A stretch of 55,352 bases of DNA from Pseudomonadota bacterium (lineage in GTDB: Bacteria > Pseudomonadota > Alphaproteobacteria > Rhodobacterales > Rhodobacteraceae). The position numbers and the translations under genes were made by a program. The notes beneath the pieces were generated by a model that worked only from the letters and a program-made list of their open reading frames with translations, searched no databases and was not told the origin of the DNA. The DNA lies in contig JBCDAQ010000001.1 of the NCBI GenBank assembly GCA_039185285.1, forward strand, positions 1-55,352, given 5' to 3'. This document shows, piece after piece, positions 38,569-48,334 of this stretch. How positions within the stretch are numbered: the first letter of the stretch is position 1; each line of letters begins with the position of its first letter.

Positions 38569-39050
38569 CAGATTTCGCCCCAACCGACCGGATCAGCCGG
38601 GTTCAACTGATTGAGGAACGCCCTCGTGCCCGAACGCCAGAGATCCAACAAGAGCTAGACATCGCAATCTTTGACCTGACCGAGGACAATCAGTTCGCGG
38701 TAGCCGTCTATGAGGGCACGGGCCCTTATCACGTCGGCATCGGCATGGCGGATCGGCTGTTGCAGATCTCGGTGACCAACGAAGCAGGAGAGCAGATCAC
38801 AGATCTCCACCTCTCGCTCTCCCCGCTGCGCGCCACCATCAAAGACTATTTCCAGATCTGCGAGAGCTATTTCGACGCGGTGAAACGCCTGCCGCCCTCG
38901 AAGATCGAAGCAATCGATATGGGCCGGCGCGGGATTCATGACGAAGGTGCGCGGATCCTGACCGATCGGCTCGAAGGCAAGTTTTTGACAGATCATGACA
39001 CGGCAAGGCGCCTTTTCACGGTCGTCTGCGCACTTCAATTCCGGGGCTGA
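38565..39050 (+). CDS. UPF0262 family protein
   Basis: IAIFDL.EDN.F, KDYFQICESYFDAVK, IEAIDMGRRGIHDEG; conserved position after hisD. Confidence 0.93.
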   Translation: MTDFAPTDRISRVQLIEERPRARTPEIQQELDIAIFDLTEDNQFAVAVYEGTGPYHVGIGMADRLLQISVTNEAGEQITDLHLSLSPLRATIKDYFQICESYFDAVKRLPPSKIEAIDMGRRGIHDEGARILTDRLEGKFLTDHDTARRLFTVVCALQFRG

Positions 39051-39057
39051 GGCAAAG

Positions 39058-39498
39058 ATGGCCGATCTGCCTGGTTCGGTCCTCTTTTGCTGCGATCACA
39101 ACGCGGTCCGCTCACCCATGGCGGAAGGCGCAATGAAGAAGCTGCACGGTAACAAGGTTTTCGTCCAATCCTGCGGCGTCTTCTCGGAGATGGAGGTTGA
39201 CGGCTTCATGGTCTCTGTCGCCGAAGAGAAAGGTGTCGATATCCGCAAGCACCGGGGCAAGAGCTTCGACGAGATGGAGGCATGGGGCGATGACATTGAG
39301 GCATTTGATCTAGTCATAGCGCTCTCACCGGCGGCGCAACGCCGGGCGCTTGAGTTTACTCGGTATGCTTCATTGGAAGTCGAATACTGGCCAACGCTCG
39401 ACCCCACGGCACTCGGCGAGACACGAGATCAGCGTCTCTCGGCCTATCGACAGACACGAGACCAAATCCTCGAGCGGATCAAGCAGCGTTTTGGTTAG
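39058..39498 (+). CDS. low-molecular-weight phosphatase/ArsC-like protein
   Basis: P-loop FCCDHNAVRSPMAE; DP...YRQTRDQI. Confidence 0.9.
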   Translation: MADLPGSVLFCCDHNAVRSPMAEGAMKKLHGNKVFVQSCGVFSEMEVDGFMVSVAEEKGVDIRKHRGKSFDEMEAWGDDIEAFDLVIALSPAAQRRALEFTRYASLEVEYWPTLDPTALGETRDQRLSAYRQTRDQILERIKQRFG

Positions 39499-39983
39499 AG
39501 GTTCTGGGGATTGCCTGGGAACCTGAGGCGAAGGATCTCTCTCCCTTCCTGCTGTTCGACGGTCTCTCCTTCCGCTACAAAAAGGTAGTTTTTGCCGTAT
39601 CGGTATACCTTCGCACAGCCTCTCGTACCTCCTCCCCAATCAGTATCCCACTCGCGGCACATATGTCCGTCCGGACGGATCTCCCAGCTGCCTTTCGCTT
39701 TCTCAATGCCTTGTGTTTCTTTATCCGTCGAGAGACCGCGCAACTCACCGGTTTCGCCGACATAGACAACCCAGACTCGGGTTTCGCCTTCATGCATCAG
39801 GGTGCTATCGCGAAGGAAAATTTCAATCTCTTTGGCTGTCAAAGCCGGGACGCCGCGGTCAACTAGGTCAGGTGCGTCCGGCGCTTTATCGTCAAAACCC
39901 AAACTATCGGCTGTCTGTGGGTTCTCACATGCCACCAGCAATCCTAACAGAGCTAAGGTCGATATCGTCGCGCGGATCGTCAT
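39495..39983 (-). CDS. hypothetical lipoprotein (DUF995-like)
   Basis: Lipobox LLVAC; LT..EI, GSWEI..DG.MC..W.....C pattern. Confidence 0.7.
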   Translation of the reverse strand: MTIRATISTLALLGLLVACENPQTADSLGFDDKAPDAPDLVDRGVPALTAKEIEIFLRDSTLMHEGETRVWVVYVGETGELRGLSTDKETQGIEKAKGSWEIRPDGHMCREWDTDWGGGTRGCAKVYRYGKNYLFVAEGETVEQQEGREILRLRFPGNPQNL

Positions 39984-40078
39984 TCGGTTTCCCCCTTCAA
40001 CCATAGGCCCAACAGTAATCAACAATTGCAAACAGTTCTAGCCAAAGACCTCTAAGCAAGCTGACGGCTTTGCCCAGC

Positions 40079-40114
40079 TTGACTTCCCAAGCCCGATCCG
40101 TCATACGGCGCGCC
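40079..40114 (+). promoter_or_regulatory. sigma70-type promoter of rpsD
   Basis: TTGACT-N17-CATACG followed by GC-rich discriminator GCGCGCC. Confidence 0.55.
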
Positions 40115-40235
40115 TGCCATCCGTTAGGGTGGCTTTGTTGGCGTTCGTGGTCCGGGAAACCGGGACCCTGTCGCCCTTCGGATGAGCCGGGGGGAGAGGA
40201 GACCGCCAGAATTTTGATCGAAGGAACAAACCGCG

Positions 40236-40856
40236 ATGACCAAGCGGACTGCATCGAAGTATAAACTCGACCGCCGGATGGGCGAAAACATCTGGGGTCG
40301 CCCGAAATCTCCTGTAAACCGCCGCGAGTATGGACCGGGTCAGCACGGCCAGCGCCGCAAGGGCAAGATGTCCGACTTTGGCCTTCAGCTGCGCGCGAAG
40401 CAGAAGCTGAAGGGCTACTATGGCGATCTGACGGAAAAACAGTTCCGCCGCATCTATTCAGATGCCGAACGGATGCGTGGTGATACGGGTGAAGCTCTTG
40501 TGGGCCTGCTGGAGCGTCGTCTCGACGCCGTTGTCTACCGTGCCAAATTCGTGCCGACCATGTTCGCCGCCCGCCAGTTCGTAAACCATGGCCATGTCAA
40601 GGTGAACGGCCAGAAGGTCAACATCCCGTCTTACCGTGTAAGCGAAGGCGATCTGATCGAGGTCTCCGAGAAAGGCAAGGACATGGCCCTAGTGCTAGAG
40701 GCGGTTCAATCGCCCGAGCGCGACGTGCCGGAGTATATCGAGGCTGACCACTCCAAGTTCACCGCCACTTATATTCGGGTCCCAACACTCGGCGACATTC
40801 CGTACGCTGTGATGATGGAGCCGAACTTAGTCGTCGAGTACTACGCCAAGAACTGA
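40236..40856 (+). CDS. rpsD: 30S ribosomal protein S4
   Basis: [39 protein letters not shown]. Confidence 0.99.
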   Translation: MTKRTASKYKLDRRMGENIWGRPKSPVNRREYGPGQHGQRRKGKMSDFGLQLRAKQKLKGYYGDLTEKQFRRIYSDAERMRGDTGEALVGLLERRLDAVVYRAKFVPTMFAARQFVNHGHVKVNGQKVNIPSYRVSEGDLIEVSEKGKDMALVLEAVQSPERDVPEYIEADHSKFTATYIRVPTLGDIPYAVMMEPNLVVEYYAKN

Positions 40857-40877
40857 TCGGCCCCGCAAATCCTCTTC

Positions 40878-40910
40878 AAAGGGCCGGCGATCTGTCGGCC
40901 TTTTTTGTTT
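40878..40910 (+). terminator. Rho-independent terminator of rpsD
   Basis: GGCCGGC-gatct-GTCGGCC stem followed by TTTTTTGTTT. Confidence 0.85.
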
Positions 40911-41047
40911 GCACCACTACACATCCCAGCCTGCGCTTTCGCCGCCACAGGAGCGATGTGCCGTCTGAGATCGATGCACGGATCTCTGGCACCTGCATGC
41001 CTTCAGGTATATGCCCGAGAAAGGCGCTTCACTGCGGAGACCTCACT

Positions 41048-42274
41048 ATGGCCACCATCCCGATAGACCAGGCAAACCAGCTGTCCCGCTGGCGTCGGCC
41101 CGAGGCGATGTTGCTCATGATGTCTGGGGGAGTTTGGTTCGGGCTCTCGCTCTGGATGGTGCTGATCAACAACTTCGCGGTCGAGGTCGCCAATTTCGAT
41201 GGCGCGGACACGGGCTGGCGTGAGACGGTTCGCGAGATACCGGGTTTCCTCGCCTTCCTCGTCGTCTTCCTGATCCGTTTCATTCGAGAGCAGACACTGG
41301 CGATCATCTCGATCTTCTTGCTCGGGGCGGCAACTATGGTGACATCGCAGTTCCCCTCCTTCTGGGGGATCCTGTTCACGACCTATGTCGGCTCGATGGG
41401 TTTTCACTACTTCGAGACGGTGAACCAGTCACTGCAACTCCAATGGCTGGACAAGAAAAACGCACCTCAAAAGCTCGGCTGGATCGTTGCAGCGAGTTCG
41501 GCAGGCTCCCTGATTGCCTACTCCGCCGTTTTGGCGGCGCGGGAAGTCCTAGATGCTGACTTTAACGCCATGTATGTGGCCGGCGGCGGCATGGTCGTGA
41601 TGCTCTCGCTCTACGCCTGGTTCGTTTTCCCGCATTTCGAGGGCCACACAGTCCAACGCAAGGAAATCGTGCTCCGCTGGCGGTACTGGCTCTACTATGC
41701 GTTGGTCTTCATGGGGGGTGCCCGGCGGCAGATCTTTATCGTGTTCGCGCCCTTTATGATGGTCGAGAAGTTTGGGATGGAGGTCGAGGGCCTCGCGGCG
41801 ATCTTCATCATCAACTACATCGCTAACATGATCATCGCGCCGCTGGTCGGACGCCTGATTCAGAACTACGGCGAACGACTGGCAATGATCATCGAGTACA
41901 TCGGCCTGTTCGGCGTCTTTACGCTCTATGCAGGCGTCTACATGTTCGACTGGCCTTGGGAGGTTGCTGCGGCGCTGTATGTGCTCGATCACCTCTTCTT
42001 TGCGATCGCCTTTGCACAGAAGACGTACTTCCAAAAGATCGCCGACCCAGCAGACCAAGCGCCGACCGCTGCCGTCGCCTTCACGATCAATCACATCGCA
42101 GCGGTTTTCCTACCTGCGGCACTCGGTTATCTCTGGCTGGTAGAGCCTATGGCGGTTTTCCTACTGGCGGTCGCCATGTCGCTTGTCTCACTGTTCCTGG
42201 CATTCTTGGTCCCGCGCCACCCGACCGAAGGCAATGAGACCGTCCTTGCCCGTCAGCCGCTTCCGGCCGAATAG
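41048..42274 (+). CDS. MFS transporter
   Basis: About 12 TMs; REIPGFLAF, GFHYFET, GARRQIF, FTINHIAAV. Confidence 0.88.
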   Translation: MATIPIDQANQLSRWRRPEAMLLMMSGGVWFGLSLWMVLINNFAVEVANFDGADTGWRETVREIPGFLAFLVVFLIRFIREQTLAIISIFLLGAATMVTSQFPSFWGILFTTYVGSMGFHYFETVNQSLQLQWLDKKNAPQKLGWIVAASSAGSLIAYSAVLAAREVLDADFNAMYVAGGGMVVMLSLYAWFVFPHFEGHTVQRKEIVLRWRYWLYYALVFMGGARRQIFIVFAPFMMVEKFGMEVEGLAAIFIINYIANMIIAPLVGRLIQNYGERLAMIIEYIGLFGVFTLYAGVYMFDWPWEVAAALYVLDHLFFAIAFAQKTYFQKIADPADQAPTAAVAFTINHIAAVFLPAALGYLWLVEPMAVFLLAVAMSLVSLFLAFLVPRHPTEGNETVLARQPLPAE

Positions 42275-43747
42275 ATGAGCGGCGAGAAAACCATCGATGC
42301 GCGTTTCACGCGCGGATCTACCATGCGCCATGTGGTGGTGATGACCTCCACCGCGACAGTCGGATTGATGTCGCTCTTCATCGTAGACCTCGCCAACCTC
42401 TTTTACATCTCGCTTCTTGGTGAGACCGAGATGGCGGCAGCAATCGGTTATGCGGGCACCATCCAGTTTTTCATGATCTCCGTTTCTATCGGCCTCGCCA
42501 TCGCCGCGACAGCGACGGTTAGCAAGGCGGTCGGGCGAGGCAGTCGAGAAGATGCCAGGCACTTGGCGGGTTCTGCGATTACCCTGCTTGTGATCGCACT
42601 CAGTGCGTGTGCACTCGGTACTTGGGTCTTCCGCTACGAGATTTTGAAGCTCTTAGGGGCCAATGGGCAAGCCTTGGAAATCGCTGCAAACTTTCTAGCG
42701 ATCGTTCTTCCATCTGTTCCTCTCTTGGGTATCGGCATGGTCTCAAGTGGCCTGCTCCGTTCGGTTGGAGATGCAAAGCGCGCCATGTTCGTTACGCTTT
42801 TTGGCGGGATTTTCGGCGCGGCTTTAGACCCGGTCTTCATTTTCGATTGGGGGTTGGGTCTGGGCGTTGAAGGTGCTGCAATTGTCTCGACCTTATCTCG
42901 CGTTTTCGTCGCTGGACTGGGGCTCTGGTTCGCACTCAGAGTTCACGATATCATCGGGAGACCGAGCCTGTCGGGCCTGATGAAAGACGCTCGGCCGCTT
43001 CTCGCAATCGCTGCACCGGCAGTCGCGACCCAGCTCTCAACGCCGTTCGGTAATGCATATCTCATCAGTGTCATCTCCGATTTCGGCGATGCCGCCGTCG
43101 CTGGCTGGGCCGTTGTTGGCCGGGTCACAGCTTTGGGCTTCGCAGGGCTCTTTGCTCTGTCCGGCGCAGTGGGGCCGATTTTCGGCCAGAATCTAGGCGC
43201 AGGGCTAACAGACCGTATACTGTCCACATACCGCGATGCGTTGATCTTCATCGGCTGCTACGTTCTCACAATCTGGCTCACATTGTTCCTATTATCGGGA
43301 TCGATCAAAACTGGATTTGGGCTCAGTGGGGCAGGCGTGGAGGTTTTGGAGGCCTTTACGCTCTATGGAGCTGCGGCATATCTGTTTACCGGAGCTCTTT
43401 TTGTCTCGAATTCTGCGTTCAACAATCTCGGCCGCCCCATGTGGTCAACGATCTTCAATTGGAGTCGAGATGCCCTTGTCATACCCGCTCTCGCGTTCGC
43501 CATTGGCGGCACCACGGGAGCCACCGGAGCCGTCGCAATCCAAGCCATTGCCGGAGCGCTTGTGGGTACGGCAGCGATCTTTTGGACCCAACGCTTTTTG
43601 CGATCGATGCGCGCCGAGGATCGGGCGAAATCAAAGGACGCAATTCCTGCTCCTGCGGCTGCTCCGTATTCATCTGGGCGCAGTATGGCGATCACTATTG
43701 GCGAGACGGATGAAGAGGCTCTAGAACCGAAACGCAGAAATCGGTAA
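42275..43747 (+). CDS. MATE family efflux transporter
   Basis: 12 TMs; VDLANLFYISLLG, LRSVGDAKRAM, LDPVFIF, FGQNLGA. Confidence 0.92.
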   Translation: MSGEKTIDARFTRGSTMRHVVVMTSTATVGLMSLFIVDLANLFYISLLGETEMAAAIGYAGTIQFFMISVSIGLAIAATATVSKAVGRGSREDARHLAGSAITLLVIALSACALGTWVFRYEILKLLGANGQALEIAANFLAIVLPSVPLLGIGMVSSGLLRSVGDAKRAMFVTLFGGIFGAALDPVFIFDWGLGLGVEGAAIVSTLSRVFVAGLGLWFALRVHDIIGRPSLSGLMKDARPLLAIAAPAVATQLSTPFGNAYLISVISDFGDAAVAGWAVVGRVTALGFAGLFALSGAVGPIFGQNLGAGLTDRILSTYRDALIFIGCYVLTIWLTLFLLSGSIKTGFGLSGAGVEVLEAFTLYGAAAYLFTGALFVSNSAFNNLGRPMWSTIFNWSRDALVIPALAFAIGGTTGATGAVAIQAIAGALVGTAAIFWTQRFLRSMRAEDRAKSKDAIPAPAAAPYSSGRSMAITIGETDEEALEPKRRNR

Positions 43748-43781
43748 ACCCTCGCCCGGAATCACGAATTGGGATGCATAG

Positions 43782-44108
<327 letters not shown>

Positions 44109-44225
44109 GAAAGTCCAAGCCTGCTCAGGAAAGAGGCTGACCAACTAGGACCACTCGGTACTAAGCCTCTTGCGAGAGCGCAGAGTGCTGTATCTCGGCA
44201 CATTTTCTTTGGCGCCAAACCGATT

Positions 44226-46472
44226 TTAGCCCGCCTCTTTCGACCGTTGAGCGGGCATCTCTGGTCGCTCCGGCAGCCTTCGCGCTTCCTCGCGCAAGAC
44301 CGCATAGACCTGATGTACTGCGAGTGGTTTTGGCAAAAACTTGGTAACACCTGCTTTGATGTATCTTCCCCGCATCGGATCAGCTTGATGGGCTAGAATC
44401 GCAATAACCGACGGCTGATCTTCGCTAGATACAGAGTGCAGAATCGAGTCTAGGCCAACCGCACGATCTCGCGTCAGCGAGAGCATCAACACATCCGGCC
44501 TGACACTTGCTAGCAGCTTGGGCACTTCCTCGGCAGTTGGTGCGATGCTGGCCTCTGCCCCGGTCGCCTCTACCAACGCCTTTAGGAGCATCCTGTTGCT
44601 GGCCTCCTCCTCGACAATCAGGATTTTCCGTCCGTGCAATTGGGGCGCATTGGGCACATGCTGCCGGTTTCGCGGCCCCTGGTCCATCACCTGAACAAGT
44701 GCTGCCGGCAGCTGCTTTGGTTGGATGCTATGTGCGATCACGAGGTCATAAAACCCAGCCTCATCCGACCCCACCACATCATTCGCAACAAAGAGCGTTT
44801 CCGAACATGCTGAGACATCTCGAAGTTGCCGCGCCCAGTCATGTGCCAGATTTTGGCCAGATCCATTGCAACCGATCACAAAGTTAAGCGGCTCGCCAGC
44901 GGCATGCATCGCTTCGGCCAAAACGACCCCTTCTTGAGCACTCGCAACCGTATGAGCGATCAGCCCCATTTCCTCCATCGACGCGATAAAGGTATGCGTC
45001 CGATCATGCGGTTTGTCCAAAAGTAGAACCGACTTGCCCGCCAGCCGATCATGCCAGCGCTTACCCAGGCTCGGTGTATTGCGATCAACTCCTAGGGGAA
45101 GTTCGACGTGGATGCTGTAACCGCCGTCTTCCATCTCATCCAACTTCATAGAACCGTCCATATGGTCAGCCAAGTCCCGGCAAATCATCAAGCCAAGGCC
45201 AGAGCTATCCTGCAGGTCCTCACCAGGCTTGTAGTGCTCCGAAAACGGATGATGTGCCATGAAGCGTGCTAAGGGCGCCATGCCATCACCTCGCTCGAAG
45301 ACGTCGATGATAAGCTTCATTCCTTCGTGGTCGTTCCCTCCATGCCAAATGCAGACATGAAGCGCCCCGGTCTCGTTGTACTTTACGGCGTTGGCGAACA
45401 GGTTCGCCATCACCTGACGGATCCGTGGAACATCGCCGACTACCCGAGCGGGCAATCGGTAATCGATATGACAAAAGATAATGACTTTGCGGTGCTCAGC
45501 TTCTGGGATCGTCAAGTCGACCAGATCGCCAAAAAGCTGCGCAACATCAAACTCTTTTCTCTCACCGCCAAACCCACCGATCTCGATCCGGGAAATGTCC
45601 AGGATCTCGTTCAAGACCCCCAAAAGCGTATCGCCTGAACGTACGATCTGACCGGCCAGTTGACGCTGGCGTTGATCAAGGCCCGTCTGCGATAAAAGGC
45701 TTGCGCATCCCATAACGCCATTAAGTGGTGTTCGAATTTCGTGGCTCATCCGAGCCAGAAAAGCCGTCTTGTTGATCGAAGCCCGCTCTGCAGCAATGCG
45801 CCTCTGCTCCAAAGCTTGGCGATCATTGTAGGCCCGCAACTGGAAATCGACGGCCTTCTGGAAGGCCCGAAACACAAAAACAGAGAAAAATAGAGAGATC
45901 GCTAGCGAGAGGGTGTTGTAGGGCATGGTTTCTTCACCTTGCCACGACCAGTCGACCATGTTCGCAACCGTGATCATCCCCAAAATAGCCGGCCCGTAGG
46001 TGGTCGCCATCAGGATCCGATCAGGCACCAAAACCAAGACGGCTGCAAAAAAGCCACCAGCAACCCAGGCACCGGCAGCCAGGCCCATAAGAGGCGATCC
46101 CTGCATCACCAAGAAAACCGCAAGGGTCATATAAGTCGTTGTGAGAACTAAGTTCAGGCCAACGATCATAAAATAGTCGATCCGGAGCATTTGCCCCCGG
46201 CGAGCTAACGAACGTCTCGACCTGCTGGTCCAAAAATACTCGGCCAGCGTCACCGACGCCCCCCAAACCAACCCTGTCATGATTAAACCGACGAACAGCA
46301 TCACTGCCGTTATCGCGGTCGCCATCGCCAATCTAAGTGCCATGTAGGCAATCGACTGCTCGGTGAAGGCGTCAACGTGATCTGCCGTCGCCTTTTCGAC
46401 CGGTCGGTCGACGTTTCTCAGGAACGAAATCTCACTCAAAGCAAGCTTGGTCCCGTTAAATGGTGGCCACAC
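44226..46472 (-). CDS. membrane hybrid sensor histidine kinase with two atypical receiver domains
   Basis: About 6 N-terminal TMs; H-box MSHEIRTPLNG; N-box NLFANAVKY; G2 GLGL; two REC-like domains. Start uncertain. Confidence 0.88.
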   Translation of the reverse strand: MWPPFNGTKLALSEISFLRNVDRPVEKATADHVDAFTEQSIAYMALRLAMATAITAVMLFVGLIMTGLVWGASVTLAEYFWTSRSRRSLARRGQMLRIDYFMIVGLNLVLTTTYMTLAVFLVMQGSPLMGLAAGAWVAGGFFAAVLVLVPDRILMATTYGPAILGMITVANMVDWSWQGEETMPYNTLSLAISLFFSVFVFRAFQKAVDFQLRAYNDRQALEQRRIAAERASINKTAFLARMSHEIRTPLNGVMGCASLLSQTGLDQRQRQLAGQIVRSGDTLLGVLNEILDISRIEIGGFGGERKEFDVAQLFGDLVDLTIPEAEHRKVIIFCHIDYRLPARVVGDVPRIRQVMANLFANAVKYNETGALHVCIWHGGNDHEGMKLIIDVFERGDGMAPLARFMAHHPFSEHYKPGEDLQDSSGLGLMICRDLADHMDGSMKLDEMEDGGYSIHVELPLGVDRNTPSLGKRWHDRLAGKSVLLLDKPHDRTHTFIASMEEMGLIAHTVASAQEGVVLAEAMHAAGEPLNFVIGCNGSGQNLAHDWARQLRDVSACSETLFVANDVVGSDEAGFYDLVIAHSIQPKQLPAALVQVMDQGPRNRQHVPNAPQLHGRKILIVEEEASNRMLLKALVEATGAEASIAPTAEEVPKLLASVRPDVLMLSLTRDRAVGLDSILHSVSSEDQPSVIAILAHQADPMRGRYIKAGVTKFLPKPLAVHQVYAVLREEARRLPERPEMPAQRSKEAG

Positions 46473-46571
46473 ACTCCGATGCGCCTCATGCGACGCGCTT
46501 GGACAAGCTACCGCTAGTTGCGCGATTTACAAAGAGTTCTCTTTGCTAATTGGCTAACGAGTTCCTTGAAA

Positions 46572-46970
46572 CTAAAGCCAATCGCGCAGAATTGGGATCA
46601 GAGGAACATCTGCCGCCGGCATCGGGTAGTTCTTAAGCTCTCGGACGGCGACCCAGGCAGTGCGTTGCCCCTCGCGCGGGGAGACGATGCCCTCCCACTT
46701 TCGGCAGATGAACAGCGGCATAAGAAGATGAAAGTCTTCGTAGGAATGGCTCGCAAAGGTGAGGGGAGCGAGGCAACTCTCCCAGGTGTTGATGCTAAGC
46801 TCCTCCTCGAGCTCGCGGATTAGACAGGCCTCAGGCGTCTCACCAGGTTCAACCTTGCCGCCCGGGAACTCCCAAAGGCCCGCCATTGACTTGCCCTTGG
46901 GTCTCTGAGCGATCAACACCCGGCCATCGCGATCAATCAATGCGGCAGCGGCGACCAGCAGAACCTTCAC
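46572..46970 (-). CDS. mutT: 8-oxo-dGTP diphosphatase (Nudix)
   Basis: WEFPGGKVEPGETPEACLIRELEEEL; follows argJ. Confidence 0.95.
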   Translation of the reverse strand: MKVLLVAAAALIDRDGRVLIAQRPKGKSMAGLWEFPGGKVEPGETPEACLIRELEEELSINTWESCLAPLTFASHSYEDFHLLMPLFICRKWEGIVSPREGQRTAWVAVRELKNYPMPAADVPLIPILRDWL

Positions 46971-48316
46971 GAACGGTAGTCCGCGTTGATCTCAATGTAT
47001 CGTTTGGTCAGATCGCAAGTCCAAACCGTCGCCTCTCCCGCCCCGATACCGACGTCGACTGAGATCTCAATCTCCTCATTCTTCATGTAGCTGGAGCCTT
47101 GTTCTTCGCGATAACTGCCGGCGACCCATCCTTTTTCGGCGACGAGAACCTCACCGAACCAGATCGACAGGCGATCTCGGTCCGCGGCTTCACCTGATTT
47201 GCCGATCGCCATAACGATCCTACCCCAGTTCGGATCCTCACCCGCCACGGCAGTTTTGACGAGAGGTGAGTTGGCAATCGCAAGGCCAATCCTGCGCGCT
47301 GCCGCGTCGCTCGCAGCACCGGTGATGTTAATTTCAACTTGCTTGGTAGCGCCTTCGCCGTCTCGAACGACCTGCAATGCGAGATCCTGCATCACATGCC
47401 GCAGACCACCTTCGAAGGCCGCCAAACGTGGGTCGTCGGCGGAAACGATTGGCTCCATCTCTACCGCGTTGGTCGCCCCTACCAAAAGCGTATCTGAGGT
47501 GGACGTGTCGCTATCGACGGTGATCGCGTTGAAAGTCACGTCGGTCAGACGCGACACAGCCGACTGCAACAGCGCCTGAGAAATCACACAATCGGTGAAA
47601 ATGAAGACAAGCATGGTCGCCATGTCAGGCGCGATCATGCCCGAGCCTTTGGCAAAGCCCGAGATCGTTACATCGCCGTCGAGTTGCACCTGTGCTGAAG
47701 CGCCTTTGGCAAAGGTGTCGGTTGTCATGATCGCATGCGCTGCGGGTGCAAACGAATTCTCTCGCAGCTCAGCTTGCAAATCGGTGAGCTTCGCGATGAT
47801 ACGATCATGGGGCAACGGCTCTCCAATCACACCGGTCGAGGCCATAAACATGCGCTCCACGGCGATTCCAAGTGCGTCACCGGCCGAATTCATCACGGCC
47901 TCGACCGAACCCGCCCCGTTGGTGCCGGTGAAAGCATTGGCATTTCCTGCGTTGACGACAATCCCGATACGACCGCCTGGACCGTCTGCCATCGAGCTGA
48001 GACGCTCCTCGCACCAAAGAACCGGTGCCGCGCGCGTTGCCGAGCGCGTAAAGGTACCCGCGATGACGGATCCTTCGGCAAGCTCCGCGATCATGACATC
48101 GTCGCGGTCCCGATACTTGACCCCCGCATGACCCGCGGCGAGGCGCAGTCCCGAAATCACCGGAAGGTCTGGAAACGCCTCCGGTGCAAGGGGAGAGATT
48201 GCATGGCTCTTGCCGAGCTTGACCTCTATTTCCGCAATCTCCTGTGTCAGGGTCGCGAGCGTGGCCTTACGCTGCTCCAACAACACTTCGAGTGCGTCTT
48301 GATCATTCTCCCCCAT
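46967..48316 (-). CDS. argJ: bifunctional glutamate N-acetyltransferase/amino-acid acetyltransferase
   Basis: NAGNANAFTG, STGVIG, IMTTDT, KGSGMIAPDMATML, DSDTSTSD, DGEGATK, DPNWGR, INADYRS. Confidence 0.98.
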   Translation of the reverse strand: MGENDQDALEVLLEQRKATLATLTQEIAEIEVKLGKSHAISPLAPEAFPDLPVISGLRLAAGHAGVKYRDRDDVMIAELAEGSVIAGTFTRSATRAAPVLWCEERLSSMADGPGGRIGIVVNAGNANAFTGTNGAGSVEAVMNSAGDALGIAVERMFMASTGVIGEPLPHDRIIAKLTDLQAELRENSFAPAAHAIMTTDTFAKGASAQVQLDGDVTISGFAKGSGMIAPDMATMLVFIFTDCVISQALLQSAVSRLTDVTFNAITVDSDTSTSDTLLVGATNAVEMEPIVSADDPRLAAFEGGLRHVMQDLALQVVRDGEGATKQVEINITGAASDAAARRIGLAIANSPLVKTAVAGEDPNWGRIVMAIGKSGEAADRDRLSIWFGEVLVAEKGWVAGSYREEQGSSYMKNEEIEISVDVGIGAGEATVWTCDLTKRYIEINADYRS

Positions 48317-48334
48317 GGTGTCCCCATCAACGCA

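Noticed and set aside
39058-39498. Non-canonical P-loop (CDHNAVRS) as inactivation
   Set aside because: To my knowledge this variant is normal for the hisD-UPF0262-linked alphaproteobacterial family.
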